Positions 47,763 through 56,107 of a stretch of 56,163 nt of DNA are shown here, piece by piece (positions within the stretch are counted from its first letter, which is position 1; each line of letters starts with the position of its first letter). The DNA lies in IMG/VR virus record IMGVR_UViG_3300007510_000003; one strand, written 5' to 3'. The position numbers were made by a program, and so were the translations under genes. The notes beneath the pieces were generated by a model. That model was not told the origin of the DNA, ran no database searches, and saw only the letters and a program-made list of their open reading frames with translations. This stretch comes from an uncultured virus (IMG/VR IMGVR_UViG_3300007510_000003) (lineage: Duplodnaviria > Heunggongvirae > Uroviricota > Caudoviricetes).

Positions 47763-47838
47763 GGACCTGTAGCTCAGTGGTTAGAGCAATCGGCTCATAA
47801 CCGATCGGTCCTCGGTTCAAATCCGAGCGGGTCCACCA
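47763..47838 (+). tRNA. tRNA with CAT anticodon, probably tRNA-Ile2 (lysidine type)
   Basis: GGACCTG acceptor, ATCGG-CTCATAA-CCGAT anticodon arm, CTCGG-TTCAAAT-CCGAG T arm, encoded ACCA; paired G1-C72 and no three G-C anticodon pairs argue against an initiator. Confidence 0.92.
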
Positions 47839-47857
47839 ATTTTATAACGGAGAAAAC

Positions 47858-48085
47858 ATGACAGTATTACGAATAATTATGCAGAACTTACCGAGAGATC
47901 AGACCTCTAGAGATCTAGATGTTGCTGTAAGTAATGTTTTCCATGATCTTAAATCTGTAGGTAAAGGTATGGAATTGAAAGACATATTCTCTGCTTTTCG
48001 GGAACTAAACAAGGAACAAGATCTAGTTATCTTTAGTGATGGTAGAGTTATTGCAACAAAGAAGGGACTTTGCAACTATGGATAA
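47858..48085 (+). CDS. Hypothetical protein, possible winged-helix
   Basis: ORF track; GGAG RBS. Confidence 0.6.
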   Translation: MTVLRIIMQNLPRDQTSRDLDVAVSNVFHDLKSVGKGMELKDIFSAFRELNKEQDLVIFSDGRVIATKKGLCNYG

Positions 48086-48250
48086 TGGAGGGTGCTCCCA
48101 TGCGATCTACAAAATGGTGTTACTATACTAACCCACAAAGCAAGGTTCCTGAAGTCCTTAAGGTCGCCATCCCCATAACAAAAAAACAAGCAATCTTTAT
48201 TTTGAAAAAGAAGTTGCATATTCCAAAAATATATTATATTATTAGTTGTA

Positions 48251-48967
48251 ATGAAATTTGAAGAGGAGTTCAGAATGATCGAGCGCATTCAAAAATGTAT
48301 TTCAAATCTTGAAATGTCACTCGCAGCTGGGGTTGTAACGAAGACCACCAGGGATAGATATAATGAATTTCTTAAAAGCATAAACAGTCAGGTGAAGAAC
48401 GGAAGACTGCTTTCGCCTGGACAGAGCAAGTATCTTAGAGATATTGAGGCGGTCTGCGATGAGGAAGCACTCAAAGAGGCCGATGAATGGATCAGACAAT
48501 ACAGTGACGATCTGAGGGAGATCGCCGTCTTGTGTGCAGAATATTACGAGAATCAAACAACAGATAATCGATATTTTAAATTTATTCGACGTAAAGTTCT
48601 AGAAAATCCACAGGGGCATGTTCTTTCTAAGAGAGAGTTCACAAAGATGTGTATGAATAAGTTTGCGGATAAGGTGATTCAGGAACATCGTACAGATCCG
48701 AAGTTTGAAAAAGGACAAATCGTCTCAGTAAGGGCATCAAACAGGTTGGATCTATCGCCTTATGATAGTATGGATGAGAGAAAGAGAAACTACAAACTAT
48801 ACAGACAAGCAGCAAGCGGTGGACAAGTCCTCGCACTGATACTTAAATCTAACGCTCGACCAATGTATCGCACCACACAAGGCGGAAAAGTATACAGCAT
48901 TCTGCCTATTGGTGAGAGCGTGCCATTGTTTGCTTGTGAGAAAGACTTAAAGAAGGTAAGAAAGTAA
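48251..48967 (+). CDS. Hypothetical protein with C-terminal SH3-like segment
   Basis: PKFEKGQIVSVR...EKDLKKV; preceded by TTGCAT-17 nt-TATTAT at 48214-48242. Confidence 0.7.
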   Translation: MKFEEEFRMIERIQKCISNLEMSLAAGVVTKTTRDRYNEFLKSINSQVKNGRLLSPGQSKYLRDIEAVCDEEALKEADEWIRQYSDDLREIAVLCAEYYENQTTDNRYFKFIRRKVLENPQGHVLSKREFTKMCMNKFADKVIQEHRTDPKFEKGQIVSVRASNRLDLSPYDSMDERKRNYKLYRQAASGGQVLALILKSNARPMYRTTQGGKVYSILPIGESVPLFACEKDLKKVRK

Positions 48968-48993
48968 TATGTACAGTATTATAAACCATGCAG

Positions 48994-49149
48994 ATGAAAG
49001 TCGGTGACACGGTAAGACACAGGATCTATGGACTCTGCATATTGTTGAGTAAAGACATCACACGTTACGGTGGGGATTGGTTGGTATACACTCCCAGGCA
49101 TCATGGTAATAAAACTAGAGTTAGTAAGCGTTGGCTGGAGGCGTTATGA
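48994..49149 (+). CDS. SH3/KOW-like mini-protein (MKVGDTVRH...)
   Basis: 51 aa; below the ORF track cutoff; ATGA overlap with the next gene. Confidence 0.6.
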   Translation: MKVGDTVRHRIYGLCILLSKDITRYGGDWLVYTPRHHGNKTRVSKRWLEAL

Positions 49150-49307
49150 AAGTCGGTGATTTAGTAAGAGACAAGGAATGGGTTCGCCCCAATCCCTATG
49201 GTGTCATCGTTGAGGTAGACGAATCCGAGGGGATGTTCAAGGTTATATGGAACGACTGCGGTAAAGAATGGTTGACTGAAATGTATTTGGAGGTGATTAA
49301 TGTTTGA
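49146..49307 (+). CDS. SH3/KOW-like mini-protein (MKVGDLVRD...LEVINV)
   Basis: 53 aa; GGAGG RBS; below the ORF track cutoff. Confidence 0.65.
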   Translation: MKVGDLVRDKEWVRPNPYGVIVEVDESEGMFKVIWNDCGKEWLTEMYLEVINV

Positions 49308-49521
49308 CAACAAAGGCAAACGACACTTAGTCAAGAAAGCATGGCCAGGCACAATGGTGTATGTTCACCCGCACTCGGATTTGGGTAGCGGAGGTTGGGC
49401 AATGGTAACTGAAGTTTCAGTAAAGGATCTTCAAGGGCATCCCAATGTAGTTGAGGTAATTTATCCTAGTGGACGTTGCGCCACTGCTGATGAGTTTATG
49501 ATAACGGAGGTAAGAAAATGA
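49300..49521 (+). CDS. SH3-like small protein
   Basis: PGTMVYV...WAMVTEV; GGAGG RBS. Confidence 0.6.
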   Translation: MFDNKGKRHLVKKAWPGTMVYVHPHSDLGSGGWAMVTEVSVKDLQGHPNVVEVIYPSGRCATADEFMITEVRK

Positions 49522-49739
49522 TGAATACGTCTTTCACTAAGTTGTTGCAGATGGAAGCAACACTAATCAAGGAGTTGATCACCAAGTATTCAGTGGATGT
49601 TCTGAACGGTGAGATCAGTTTTGATAGAGCAGTCAAGAAGTTGCATTGGGATACTGGCATCGACGTGCTCTTGTTGGAGGAGCAAGTCACAAGTGAAGTA
49701 CAGCATTTGTGCCCAGTGTATGCGGGCATAGAACCATGA
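49518..49739 (+). CDS. Hypothetical protein
   Basis: ORF track; GGAGG RBS. Confidence 0.6.
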   Translation: MMNTSFTKLLQMEATLIKELITKYSVDVLNGEISFDRAVKKLHWDTGIDVLLLEEQVTSEVQHLCPVYAGIEP

Positions 49740-49843
49740 AAGAGTTTCTATGGGTAGCAGTAGGTTTCATCTTAGGCTCAGCCATCGGTGTTCACGGTTT
49801 GGTTGACATATCCAATAAGGTCTTGAAATTGTTCAACATTTAA
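49736..49843 (+). CDS. Small membrane peptide
   Basis: 35 aa, MKEFLWVAVGFILGSAIG...; ATGA overlap. Confidence 0.4.
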   Translation: MKEFLWVAVGFILGSAIGVHGLVDISNKVLKLFNI

Positions 49844-49850
49844 TTTTTAT

Positions 49851-49879
49851 TTGCATTTTGTTTTCAATTTTGATCTAAT
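49851..49879 (+). promoter_or_regulatory. Sigma70-type promoter, paired with 51737
   Basis: TTGCAT-17 nt-TCTAAT with a TG motif; 22 nt identical to 51729-51750. Confidence 0.7.
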
Positions 49880-49903
49880 AGAAACATAACAAAGCGAGGC
49901 AAG

Positions 49904-50116
49904 ATGAAAATCGGTGATTTGGTAAGAGAGAAAGGTCTTCAGGAACGAACTGGTGTTATTGTGGCAGACATAAACGCTGAACGATGGGGCGCACGTCTTT
50001 CTCGCGGCCGTACAAGACTATTCAAGGTTTTATGGAATGAACTAAGTCCAACATTGCCTACTTTGATTGGTCCTGCCTGGTGTAATCAGTTGGAGGTTAT
50101 CAATGAAAGTCGGTGA
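49904..50116 (+). CDS. SH3/KOW-like mini-protein (MKIGDLVRE...LEVINESR)
   Basis: ORF track; shares ERTG and LFKVLW with the next gene. Confidence 0.7.
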   Translation: MKIGDLVREKGLQERTGVIVADINAERWGARLSRGRTRLFKVLWNELSPTLPTLIGPAWCNQLEVINESR

Positions 50117-50291
50117 TTTGATAAAGACCAACCACCCGAGTTGGATGAACCGAGAAAGAACTGGTTTGATTGTTGGGGAAATGCCTGCATGCCGCCCAAC
50201 GAACAAGTTGTTCAAAGTCCTATGGCACGACGGAACCATTGGAAGTAATATATGGGACTATGATTTAAAGGTTTACAATGAGAGTCGGTGA
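50103..50291 (+). CDS. SH3/KOW-like mini-protein (MKVGDLIKT...LKVYNESR)
   Basis: Start at ATG 50103 after GGAGG; paralog of 49904. Confidence 0.7.
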   Translation: MKVGDLIKTNHPSWMNRERTGLIVGEMPACRPTNKLFKVLWHDGTIGSNIWDYDLKVYNESR

Positions 50292-50460
50292 CGCAGTTAG
50301 ACCGAAGCATGACTTAATGCATAGAGGCATCGGGATTATTGTGAGGATCGATCCAGAAGAGACGTTCCCTACAGGTCATTGTCTGGGCGCTCGTTATTGG
50401 GTATTGTATGCGTGCGGCGCTCGTGAAGTAACAACTAGATTGGCATTGGAGAAAATATAA
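50278..50460 (+). CDS. SH3/KOW-like mini-protein (MRVGDAVRP...)
   Basis: ORF track. Confidence 0.65.
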   Translation: MRVGDAVRPKHDLMHRGIGIIVRIDPEETFPTGHCLGARYWVLYACGAREVTTRLALEKI

Positions 50461-50777
50461 TGGGATATAGATCAGAAGTTTATCTTAGAATCAAAGAGCC
50501 TTTGGTTGAGGTAGTGGACGCTGCCCGCAAGCTAGATGATACTCTTGACAAGATGTTATCCGAGGCCGAAGAGGAAGGGAACAAGACAGACTTTTATTGG
50601 GAGCATACAAAATGGTATGACTCTTACCCAGAGGTTCAAGCAGTAGAGAGTCTATTGGATATGCTACAGGATGATGACTATGGGTTTATCAGGTTGGGTG
50701 AAGAAGACGGGGACATCGAAAGCAAAGGACACCCATCCGACTACGATATGTACACTAACACAAGTGTTGAATGGTAG
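50460..50777 (+). CDS. Hypothetical phage protein (MGYRSEV-type)
   Basis: MGYRSEV...KWYDSYPEV...FIRLGEE pattern typical of a recurrent phage family. Confidence 0.7.
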   Translation: MGYRSEVYLRIKEPLVEVVDAARKLDDTLDKMLSEAEEEGNKTDFYWEHTKWYDSYPEVQAVESLLDMLQDDDYGFIRLGEEDGDIESKGHPSDYDMYTNTSVEW

Positions 50778-50996
50778 GTGAGTATGGGACTAGAAGTTAA
50801 GAGTAGTTTTATCGGTAGAACAGTCAAGTATAAGTTTGGAGACAAGCTTGGCGTTGTTATCGACGGGTATAAGGTTAATAACAAAGACTCGCTCTACACT
50901 GACGTGTTCAAGGTATTGTACAGTGATAAGAGTGTAGAGGTGCTTATCTTTCATGAGAACAGTTTCCAGTATGAACCGTGGCAAATCTTAGATTAG
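50778..50996 (+). CDS. SH3-like small protein
   Basis: IGRTVKY...LGVVI...FKVLY. Confidence 0.55.
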   Translation: MSMGLEVKSSFIGRTVKYKFGDKLGVVIDGYKVNNKDSLYTDVFKVLYSDKSVEVLIFHENSFQYEPWQILD

Positions 50997-51712
50997 AAAG
51001 GTATTTTGTTGTGAACAACAAACAAAGAAGAGAAGAGATTGAGCAGTCAATTAAAGAGTTGAACAAACTCGTAGACGATGCTATTGAGTACAGAATGGTT
51101 ATGTTTTATGATAATGAATACTCTGACTTTAAAGACCCGAGAGTTGGCGTACCAACTGAGTGGGATTTGAGAATTTCCACCAGGAGAAGTGTGCCCTTGC
51201 CAAGTAACGTGGGGTATGACTGTTATAAGACGCCTACTCAATTTAGTGACAGCAAGTACATTAAGGAATTGAAGGAGCATCAATCACGGTTTGACAACGG
51301 ACAGCTTACCTCTCAGGACTATAGGGCAGACCTCATTGTGTTACGCAACAAACTAAAAAGGGAGGCAGATAGACTATACTCTATCGTTGATAGAAACAGA
51401 GAACTTGAGAAGCAGGGAAAGAGTTGTGACAAGTTTTTTGCAGAAGAGATTTGGGATAGATACTCGTTCTATGCGTCATTCGTTCGTGAAAATAATGTTA
51501 GGCATTTGAATCCTCACTTTGGGAAGTGGTTCAATTTAGAAGTGAAAGTTAGTGCAGCACAGAAGGAACAAAAAAAGTTAATTAACCTGTACAAAGCATA
51601 TGCCCCGCACTTGCGCCAAGATTATATCAAGAGGTTGGACCCGATTGAAGAACTGCTAGTGTCACACGGCGACCTCGATCCTTGGGACTTGATGAACCAC
51701 TCATCTATTTGA
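50978..51712 (+). CDS. Hypothetical protein
   Basis: ORF track; start uncertain. Confidence 0.65.
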   Translation: MANLRLERYFVVNNKQRREEIEQSIKELNKLVDDAIEYRMVMFYDNEYSDFKDPRVGVPTEWDLRISTRRSVPLPSNVGYDCYKTPTQFSDSKYIKELKEHQSRFDNGQLTSQDYRADLIVLRNKLKREADRLYSIVDRNRELEKQGKSCDKFFAEEIWDRYSFYASFVRENNVRHLNPHFGKWFNLEVKVSAAQKEQKKLINLYKAYAPHLRQDYIKRLDPIEELLVSHGDLDPWDLMNHSSI

Positions 51713-51736
51713 AATCATTTAGTTTTTCATTTTTAT

Positions 51737-51765
51737 TTGCATTTTGTTTTTTATTATGGTCTAAT
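51737..51765 (+). promoter_or_regulatory. Sigma70-type promoter
   Basis: TTGCAT-17 nt-TCTAAT with a TG motif. Confidence 0.7.
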
Positions 51766-51820
51766 GTATTTGTTCGTTGGGAACGCAACTTTAACTGCTA
51801 ATTACAACAGGAGATAAATC

Positions 51821-52885
51821 ATGGCAGTAGATTTTAAAACCTTTGGCAAGATGGTCAAGTATGTTACCGCAGTTCACAAACCTGTATTACTCCGTGGTCG
51901 CCACGGTATCGGCAAATCTACTGTTGTTTATCAGTGCGCCGATCACATTGGCATGCCTGTTGTTGAGCGTCGAGCATCTCAAATGACTGAGGGTGACTTG
52001 GTTGGTCTCCCTAGTATTAACGGCAACTCTACCTCGTTCAACCCCCCCGATTGGTTCAAGACTGCTTGTGACAATCCAGTGGTCTTGTTCCTGGACGAGG
52101 TAGATCGTGCCACGCTTGAGGTACGCCAGGGTATCTTCGAGTTGACTGACAGTCGTAAGTTAAACGGTCATGTACTGCATGATGATACTATTATCTTTGC
52201 TGCTGTCAATGGCGGTGAGCATGGGTCACAGTATCAGGTAGGTGAAATGGATCCTGCTGAGTTGGACCGATGGACTGTCTTTGACATTGAACCAACAGTT
52301 GAGGACTGGTTGGACTGGGCAAAGAAAGCAGATATTTCAGATGAGGTGTGGGGATTCATTAACCACAACCATGATCACCTTGAGCATAAGGATGACTTTG
52401 AACCTAACAAGGTCTATCCCTCACGACGATCATGGGAGCGATTGGATGAGTGTTTGTCTCAGAGCAAGTTGTTTGATGATCACAACGCATTGTATCACCT
52501 AGCTACTGCGTTCGTTGGTTTTGAGGCAGCTGTCGCATTCCGTGACTTTGTTGCTACGATGGACCGACAGGTAACTGTAGATGACATATTGAACAAGGGT
52601 GACTTTGCCAAGGTGCGTGACTTTGACATTAACGAGCATTCTGCATTGGTTAGTAAGTTTGAGGCAGAAAAGGTATTTGCAGGTGAATTGACTGATGATC
52701 AGATCAGCAACGTAGCACGATATATGATGACTGGTATGCCTTCAGAGGTGGTGATGAAGGTATGGGCATTGCTTGCAGACATTGGCGGTGATGAACAAAA
52801 GAATCTCCTAAAGATTCATAAGGCAGAAGTAGATGGTAGGACCTTCTCTGACTTCCTAGTGGAAATGTTAGGAGATAAAGAATAA
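51821..52885 (+). CDS. MoxR-like AAA+ ATPase
   Basis: GRHGIGKS Walker A, GDLVGLP, LFLDEVDRA Walker B, MDPAELDRW, PSRRSWE. Confidence 0.9.
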   Translation: MAVDFKTFGKMVKYVTAVHKPVLLRGRHGIGKSTVVYQCADHIGMPVVERRASQMTEGDLVGLPSINGNSTSFNPPDWFKTACDNPVVLFLDEVDRATLEVRQGIFELTDSRKLNGHVLHDDTIIFAAVNGGEHGSQYQVGEMDPAELDRWTVFDIEPTVEDWLDWAKKADISDEVWGFINHNHDHLEHKDDFEPNKVYPSRRSWERLDECLSQSKLFDDHNALYHLATAFVGFEAAVAFRDFVATMDRQVTVDDILNKGDFAKVRDFDINEHSALVSKFEAEKVFAGELTDDQISNVARYMMTGMPSEVVMKVWALLADIGGDEQKNLLKIHKAEVDGRTFSDFLVEMLGDKE

Positions 52886-52892
52886 AATAAAT

Positions 52893-52921
52893 TTGACATT
52901 TGTTAGTTTTTTAAGTATCAT
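52893..52921 (+). promoter_or_regulatory. Sigma70-type promoter
   Basis: TTGACA-17 nt-TATCAT. Confidence 0.65.
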
Positions 52922-52947
52922 TGTTTTGTAAGTTAGGAGTTTGAATT

Positions 52948-54231
52948 ATGGCTACGGGGATCGCAATGAATATCCAATCCAGAGATAACAATGATTTTGA
53001 TTTGAATATGCACACTGCGCGGTTACTTATGAATGAACCGTTCTTTGCCGCTATCTCAAGACGTATCAACAAACGAGCATCCTATGGTATTCCTACTGTT
53101 GGTGTTATGGTTAACAAGGAGACCGCACAGTTTGAAATGCTTTATAACCCTGAGTTCTTCAGGGGACTGAGTGAATTGGAGCGCACTGCTGTACTGATAC
53201 ATGAGTTCTATCACATTATCTTCAAGCACGTTACCGATCGTGCTCCTTGGAATACTGAGGGTAGTGATATTACTGCTAAGGTTTGGAACATCAGCGCAGA
53301 CCTTGCTATCAATTCACATATCAAGAATCTACCCAAGGAAGGATGTATTCCTGGCGAGGGTGTCTTCAAGGATTTACCTTCAGGACAGGCAGCAGAATGG
53401 TATGTTCCGCACGTCAAGAAGATTTTGGAAGAGCAGCAGAACGGCGGTTCAGGCGAAGGTGAGTCAGGGGATGGGCAAGGACAACCACAAGGTGGAGAAA
53501 AGGGCACAGGCGGCGATTCTAACGGGTCTGGCGGCGTTTCTACGCTGGATGACCATAGCGGTTGGGGTGCTAGTGATGAACAAGCGAAGGAGTTAAATGA
53601 TATTGCCAATGAGAGACTCAAAGAAATTGTTAAACAGGCGTCCGAGGAGGCATCAGCCAACGGTAATTGGGGATCGGTATCAGCATCGGTCAGGAAGGAT
53701 ATTATCGAAAGTCTCAAGACTAAGATTGACTGGCGCAAGGTGCTGCGATTCTTTGTGAAGTCTTCACAGAAAGCAAACAGGTCTAACACTATTAGACGAA
53801 TTAACCGTAGGTATCCCTACATTCACGCTGGACGCAAGTCTAACCGTGTTGCTAACATTGCGGTGAGTATTGACCAATCGGGATCAGTAGATGATCAGAT
53901 GCTCGCTATGTTCTTTGCAGAGTTGAACAAGCTATCAGAGGTTGCATCCTTTACGGTTATTCCTTTTGACACGAGAGTAGAAGAAGATAAAGTTTATGTG
54001 TGGCGCAAGGGTCAATCACGCAAGGTAGAGCGAGTCCTACATGGTGGTACATGCTTTGATGCTCCTACCAAGTATGTCAATGAGCGTGCCTTTGATGGTC
54101 ACATTGTCTTAACAGATATGTGTGCTCCCAAACCTATCTCTAGCAAGTGTCAGCGTTTGTGGATGACTACAGAGCAGTATGCTAACAGGAGATACTTCGA
54201 GACTAAAGAACGTGTAGTGATTGTTGATTGA
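52948..54231 (+). CDS. DUF2201-type metallopeptidase + vWA domain protein
   Basis: HEFYH (HExxH), WNISADLAIN, Gly-rich linker, IDQSGSV MIDAS, GGTCF, LTD. Confidence 0.88.
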   Translation: MATGIAMNIQSRDNNDFDLNMHTARLLMNEPFFAAISRRINKRASYGIPTVGVMVNKETAQFEMLYNPEFFRGLSELERTAVLIHEFYHIIFKHVTDRAPWNTEGSDITAKVWNISADLAINSHIKNLPKEGCIPGEGVFKDLPSGQAAEWYVPHVKKILEEQQNGGSGEGESGDGQGQPQGGEKGTGGDSNGSGGVSTLDDHSGWGASDEQAKELNDIANERLKEIVKQASEEASANGNWGSVSASVRKDIIESLKTKIDWRKVLRFFVKSSQKANRSNTIRRINRRYPYIHAGRKSNRVANIAVSIDQSGSVDDQMLAMFFAELNKLSEVASFTVIPFDTRVEEDKVYVWRKGQSRKVERVLHGGTCFDAPTKYVNERAFDGHIVLTDMCAPKPISSKCQRLWMTTEQYANRRYFETKERVVIVD

Positions 54232-54240
54232 GAGGTATGT

Positions 54241-54396
54241 ATGAAACAGGGAACACTCGTAAGGTATGACCACAAGTTAAAACCTATTGTTGGCATGGTG
54301 AGATATGTATGCGAAGATACAGGATTAACTAAGATATGGACAACGTGTGGTAGTAGCGCATGGGCAGTAACAAGTCAGTTGAGGGTATTAGGATGA
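54241..54396 (+). CDS. SH3/KOW-like mini-protein (MKQGTLVRY...)
   Basis: 51 aa; GAGG RBS; below the ORF track cutoff. Confidence 0.55.
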   Translation: MKQGTLVRYDHKLKPIVGMVRYVCEDTGLTKIWTTCGSSAWAVTSQLRVLG

Positions 54397-54632
54397 GATT
54401 AACCAAAGGTAGCATAATGAGAACACCTGAACCATCAGGACCACACAACGGATACGTCACTGGCGTCTTGCTATACCGTAAGGGCAACAAGTGGTATTAC
54501 TCACTAACAAGCCCGCACGATGAAACAGGACAGATAGTCACAAGTATCCAGTGGGCAACAAGACAGTCTATTGTCGGTGGTATCGAAAAGGGTATTGTCA
54601 ATTACTATCCAGCAAAGAAAGGCAAGCGATGA
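54393..54632 (+). CDS. Small hypothetical protein
   Basis: ORF track 54360..54632; ATGA-coupled start at 54393 is more likely. Confidence 0.55.
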   Translation: MRLTKGSIMRTPEPSGPHNGYVTGVLLYRKGNKWYYSLTSPHDETGQIVTSIQWATRQSIVGGIEKGIVNYYPAKKGKR

Positions 54633-54787
54633 AGAGGGGAACATACTTTAAGCACGAAGGGCAGACTTGGTTAGTGATAGGGGAAGGCGCCTATGATGGG
54701 TTCTACCGATGTATCACTCCTAGTGGAGAGATAAGACAGTTTAATAAATACATATCTACCATTATCGGTAAGTATGCAAGTAGTTGA
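54629..54787 (+). CDS. Small hypothetical protein (MKRGTYF...)
   Basis: ATGA-coupled start within ORF 54551..54787. Confidence 0.5.
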   Translation: MKRGTYFKHEGQTWLVIGEGAYDGFYRCITPSGEIRQFNKYISTIIGKYASS

Positions 54788-54822
54788 TTTTATTGACGAT
54801 TCACGATTTCGCGGTTTTTTTC

Positions 54823-54851
54823 TTGCGGGAATTTTTTTTCTTTGCTAAGAT
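54823..54851 (+). promoter_or_regulatory. Sigma70-type promoter, paired with 55884
   Basis: TTGCGG-17 nt-TAAGAT with a TG motif; upstream ATTGACGATT shared with the 55884 copy. Confidence 0.6.
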
Positions 54852-54860
54852 GTATTCAAG

Positions 54861-55157
54861 TTGATGGAAGGAAATCAAATGCAAAACGTAAGACCAGCAA
54901 AAGCAGGTGACCTGATTCAAGTGTGGGATCACTACGCAGAGCGAACTGAAGACCCTGCAAAGATCAGTGACCACGGGAAGTTTGGGTATATCGTAGGAGC
55001 GAGTAAGCGAACCGATACTTTCTTAGATGAAAAGGGCATCACAAGACACCTAACCAGTATTATTGAGGGTGATGTGTTCAAGATTATATTATTCGAGGGT
55101 GATACTCCAAACATCATCCACGTTCACAAGGATAACATCAGGAGGTTAAATGCGTAG
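54861..55157 (+). CDS. SH3/KOW-like small protein
   Basis: KAGDLIQV...FGYIV; start uncertain. Confidence 0.6.
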   Translation: MMEGNQMQNVRPAKAGDLIQVWDHYAERTEDPAKISDHGKFGYIVGASKRTDTFLDEKGITRHLTSIIEGDVFKIILFEGDTPNIIHVHKDNIRRLNA

Positions 55158-55341
55158 GTATCGTATAAAGAAGTTTGGAGAGTTTGTATCAACGATTGTT
55201 ATAGAGGCGGACTGTGAGGATGACGCTTACGATGAAGCAAAGATAGCAGCACCCGAATCTTGGAGTGATTGGGAAGAAACATCAGATATTGGTTACATTG
55301 AATACGATTTTATTGAAGAGGTAAAGAATGATGAGAGTTAG
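55150..55341 (+). CDS. Small acidic hypothetical protein
   Basis: ORF track; IEADCEDDAYDEA. Confidence 0.6.
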   Translation: MRRYRIKKFGEFVSTIVIEADCEDDAYDEAKIAAPESWSDWEETSDIGYIEYDFIEEVKNDES

Positions 55342-55576
55342 TCAAAACTTACACGCAAACCTACAGCGTACCAGCAACCGACAGCGCAGGGCAGGCAAGG
55401 TTGAGACAATCTTTGGCACCAAGCGGTTTATGTCAGTGGCTACGATTAACCGTATGCGCAAGCCAGACTTGGATGATTGGTTGTTCCAAAGGGGATTCAT
55501 GCCAGAAGCATTCGACAACAACAAAGAAAAACGTGAATGTCTGCTAGAGGATTTAAAGAGTGAGTTAAATGCTTAA
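55328..55576 (+). CDS. Hypothetical protein
   Basis: ORF track; GAGG RBS. Confidence 0.55.
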   Translation: MMRVSQNLHANLQRTSNRQRRAGKVETIFGTKRFMSVATINRMRKPDLDDWLFQRGFMPEAFDNNKEKRECLLEDLKSELNA

Positions 55577-55850
55577 AGTACATTACCCTTTAGGCACCAG
55601 TGGCACCAAGTTTGTATTCAAGGATGTTAACACCAACAACAAAGTGTTAGCGTCCTATAGTACAGCATTTAATACACCCGAGATCATGCTATTTGAATGT
55701 GATGGTATGGGCAATGTGACAAACTGGCACGAACTCTACGGGGAAAAGGGCAGCGAATTGTGCCCTTCAGATATATTCAAGGTTGTGGAGAGATATAATA
55801 AAGATCCTCGTGGTGGCAGCGGATATTATGTACTACGTCTTGGGGTCTAA
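55569..55850 (+). CDS. Hypothetical protein
   Basis: ORF track. Confidence 0.55.
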   Translation: MLKVHYPLGTSGTKFVFKDVNTNNKVLASYSTAFNTPEIMLFECDGMGNVTNWHELYGEKGSELCPSDIFKVVERYNKDPRGGSGYYVLRLGV

Positions 55851-56107
55851 ACCATTGAAATAATTGACGATTGTCGATTTTTCTTGCGCGAAAATTTTTC
55901 TTGTGGTAGGATGTATTTGTAATTGATTGAAGGGAAAAAACAAATGAAGATTTTGACTCTAGCATTAATCGCCCTATCACTAATCGCTTGTGGTGATGTT
56001 ACAGAAGAAGATTGCAGCATCTACGACTCTAACTACTCGCACACTGTTGTTCGTTGTGGATTGAGCATAGAGGGTAAAGAACCCGTAGTGGTGGCAGCGG
56101 ATATTAT
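55810..56107 (+). repeat. 20-bp exact direct repeat (two copies)
   Basis: GTGGTGGCAGCGGATATTAT at 55810-55829 and 56088-56107. Confidence 0.85.
55884..55912 (+). promoter_or_regulatory. Sigma70-type promoter
   Basis: TTGCGC-17 nt-TAGGAT with a TG motif. Confidence 0.6.

Noticed and set aside
53211..53789. 192-aa minus-strand ORF
   Set aside because: Antisense shadow of the Gly-rich linker of the vWA protein.
55810..56107. CRISPR array
   Set aside because: Only two repeat copies, 258 bp between them, both inside ORFs; no cas genes recognised. I saw no regularly spaced array elsewhere by eye.
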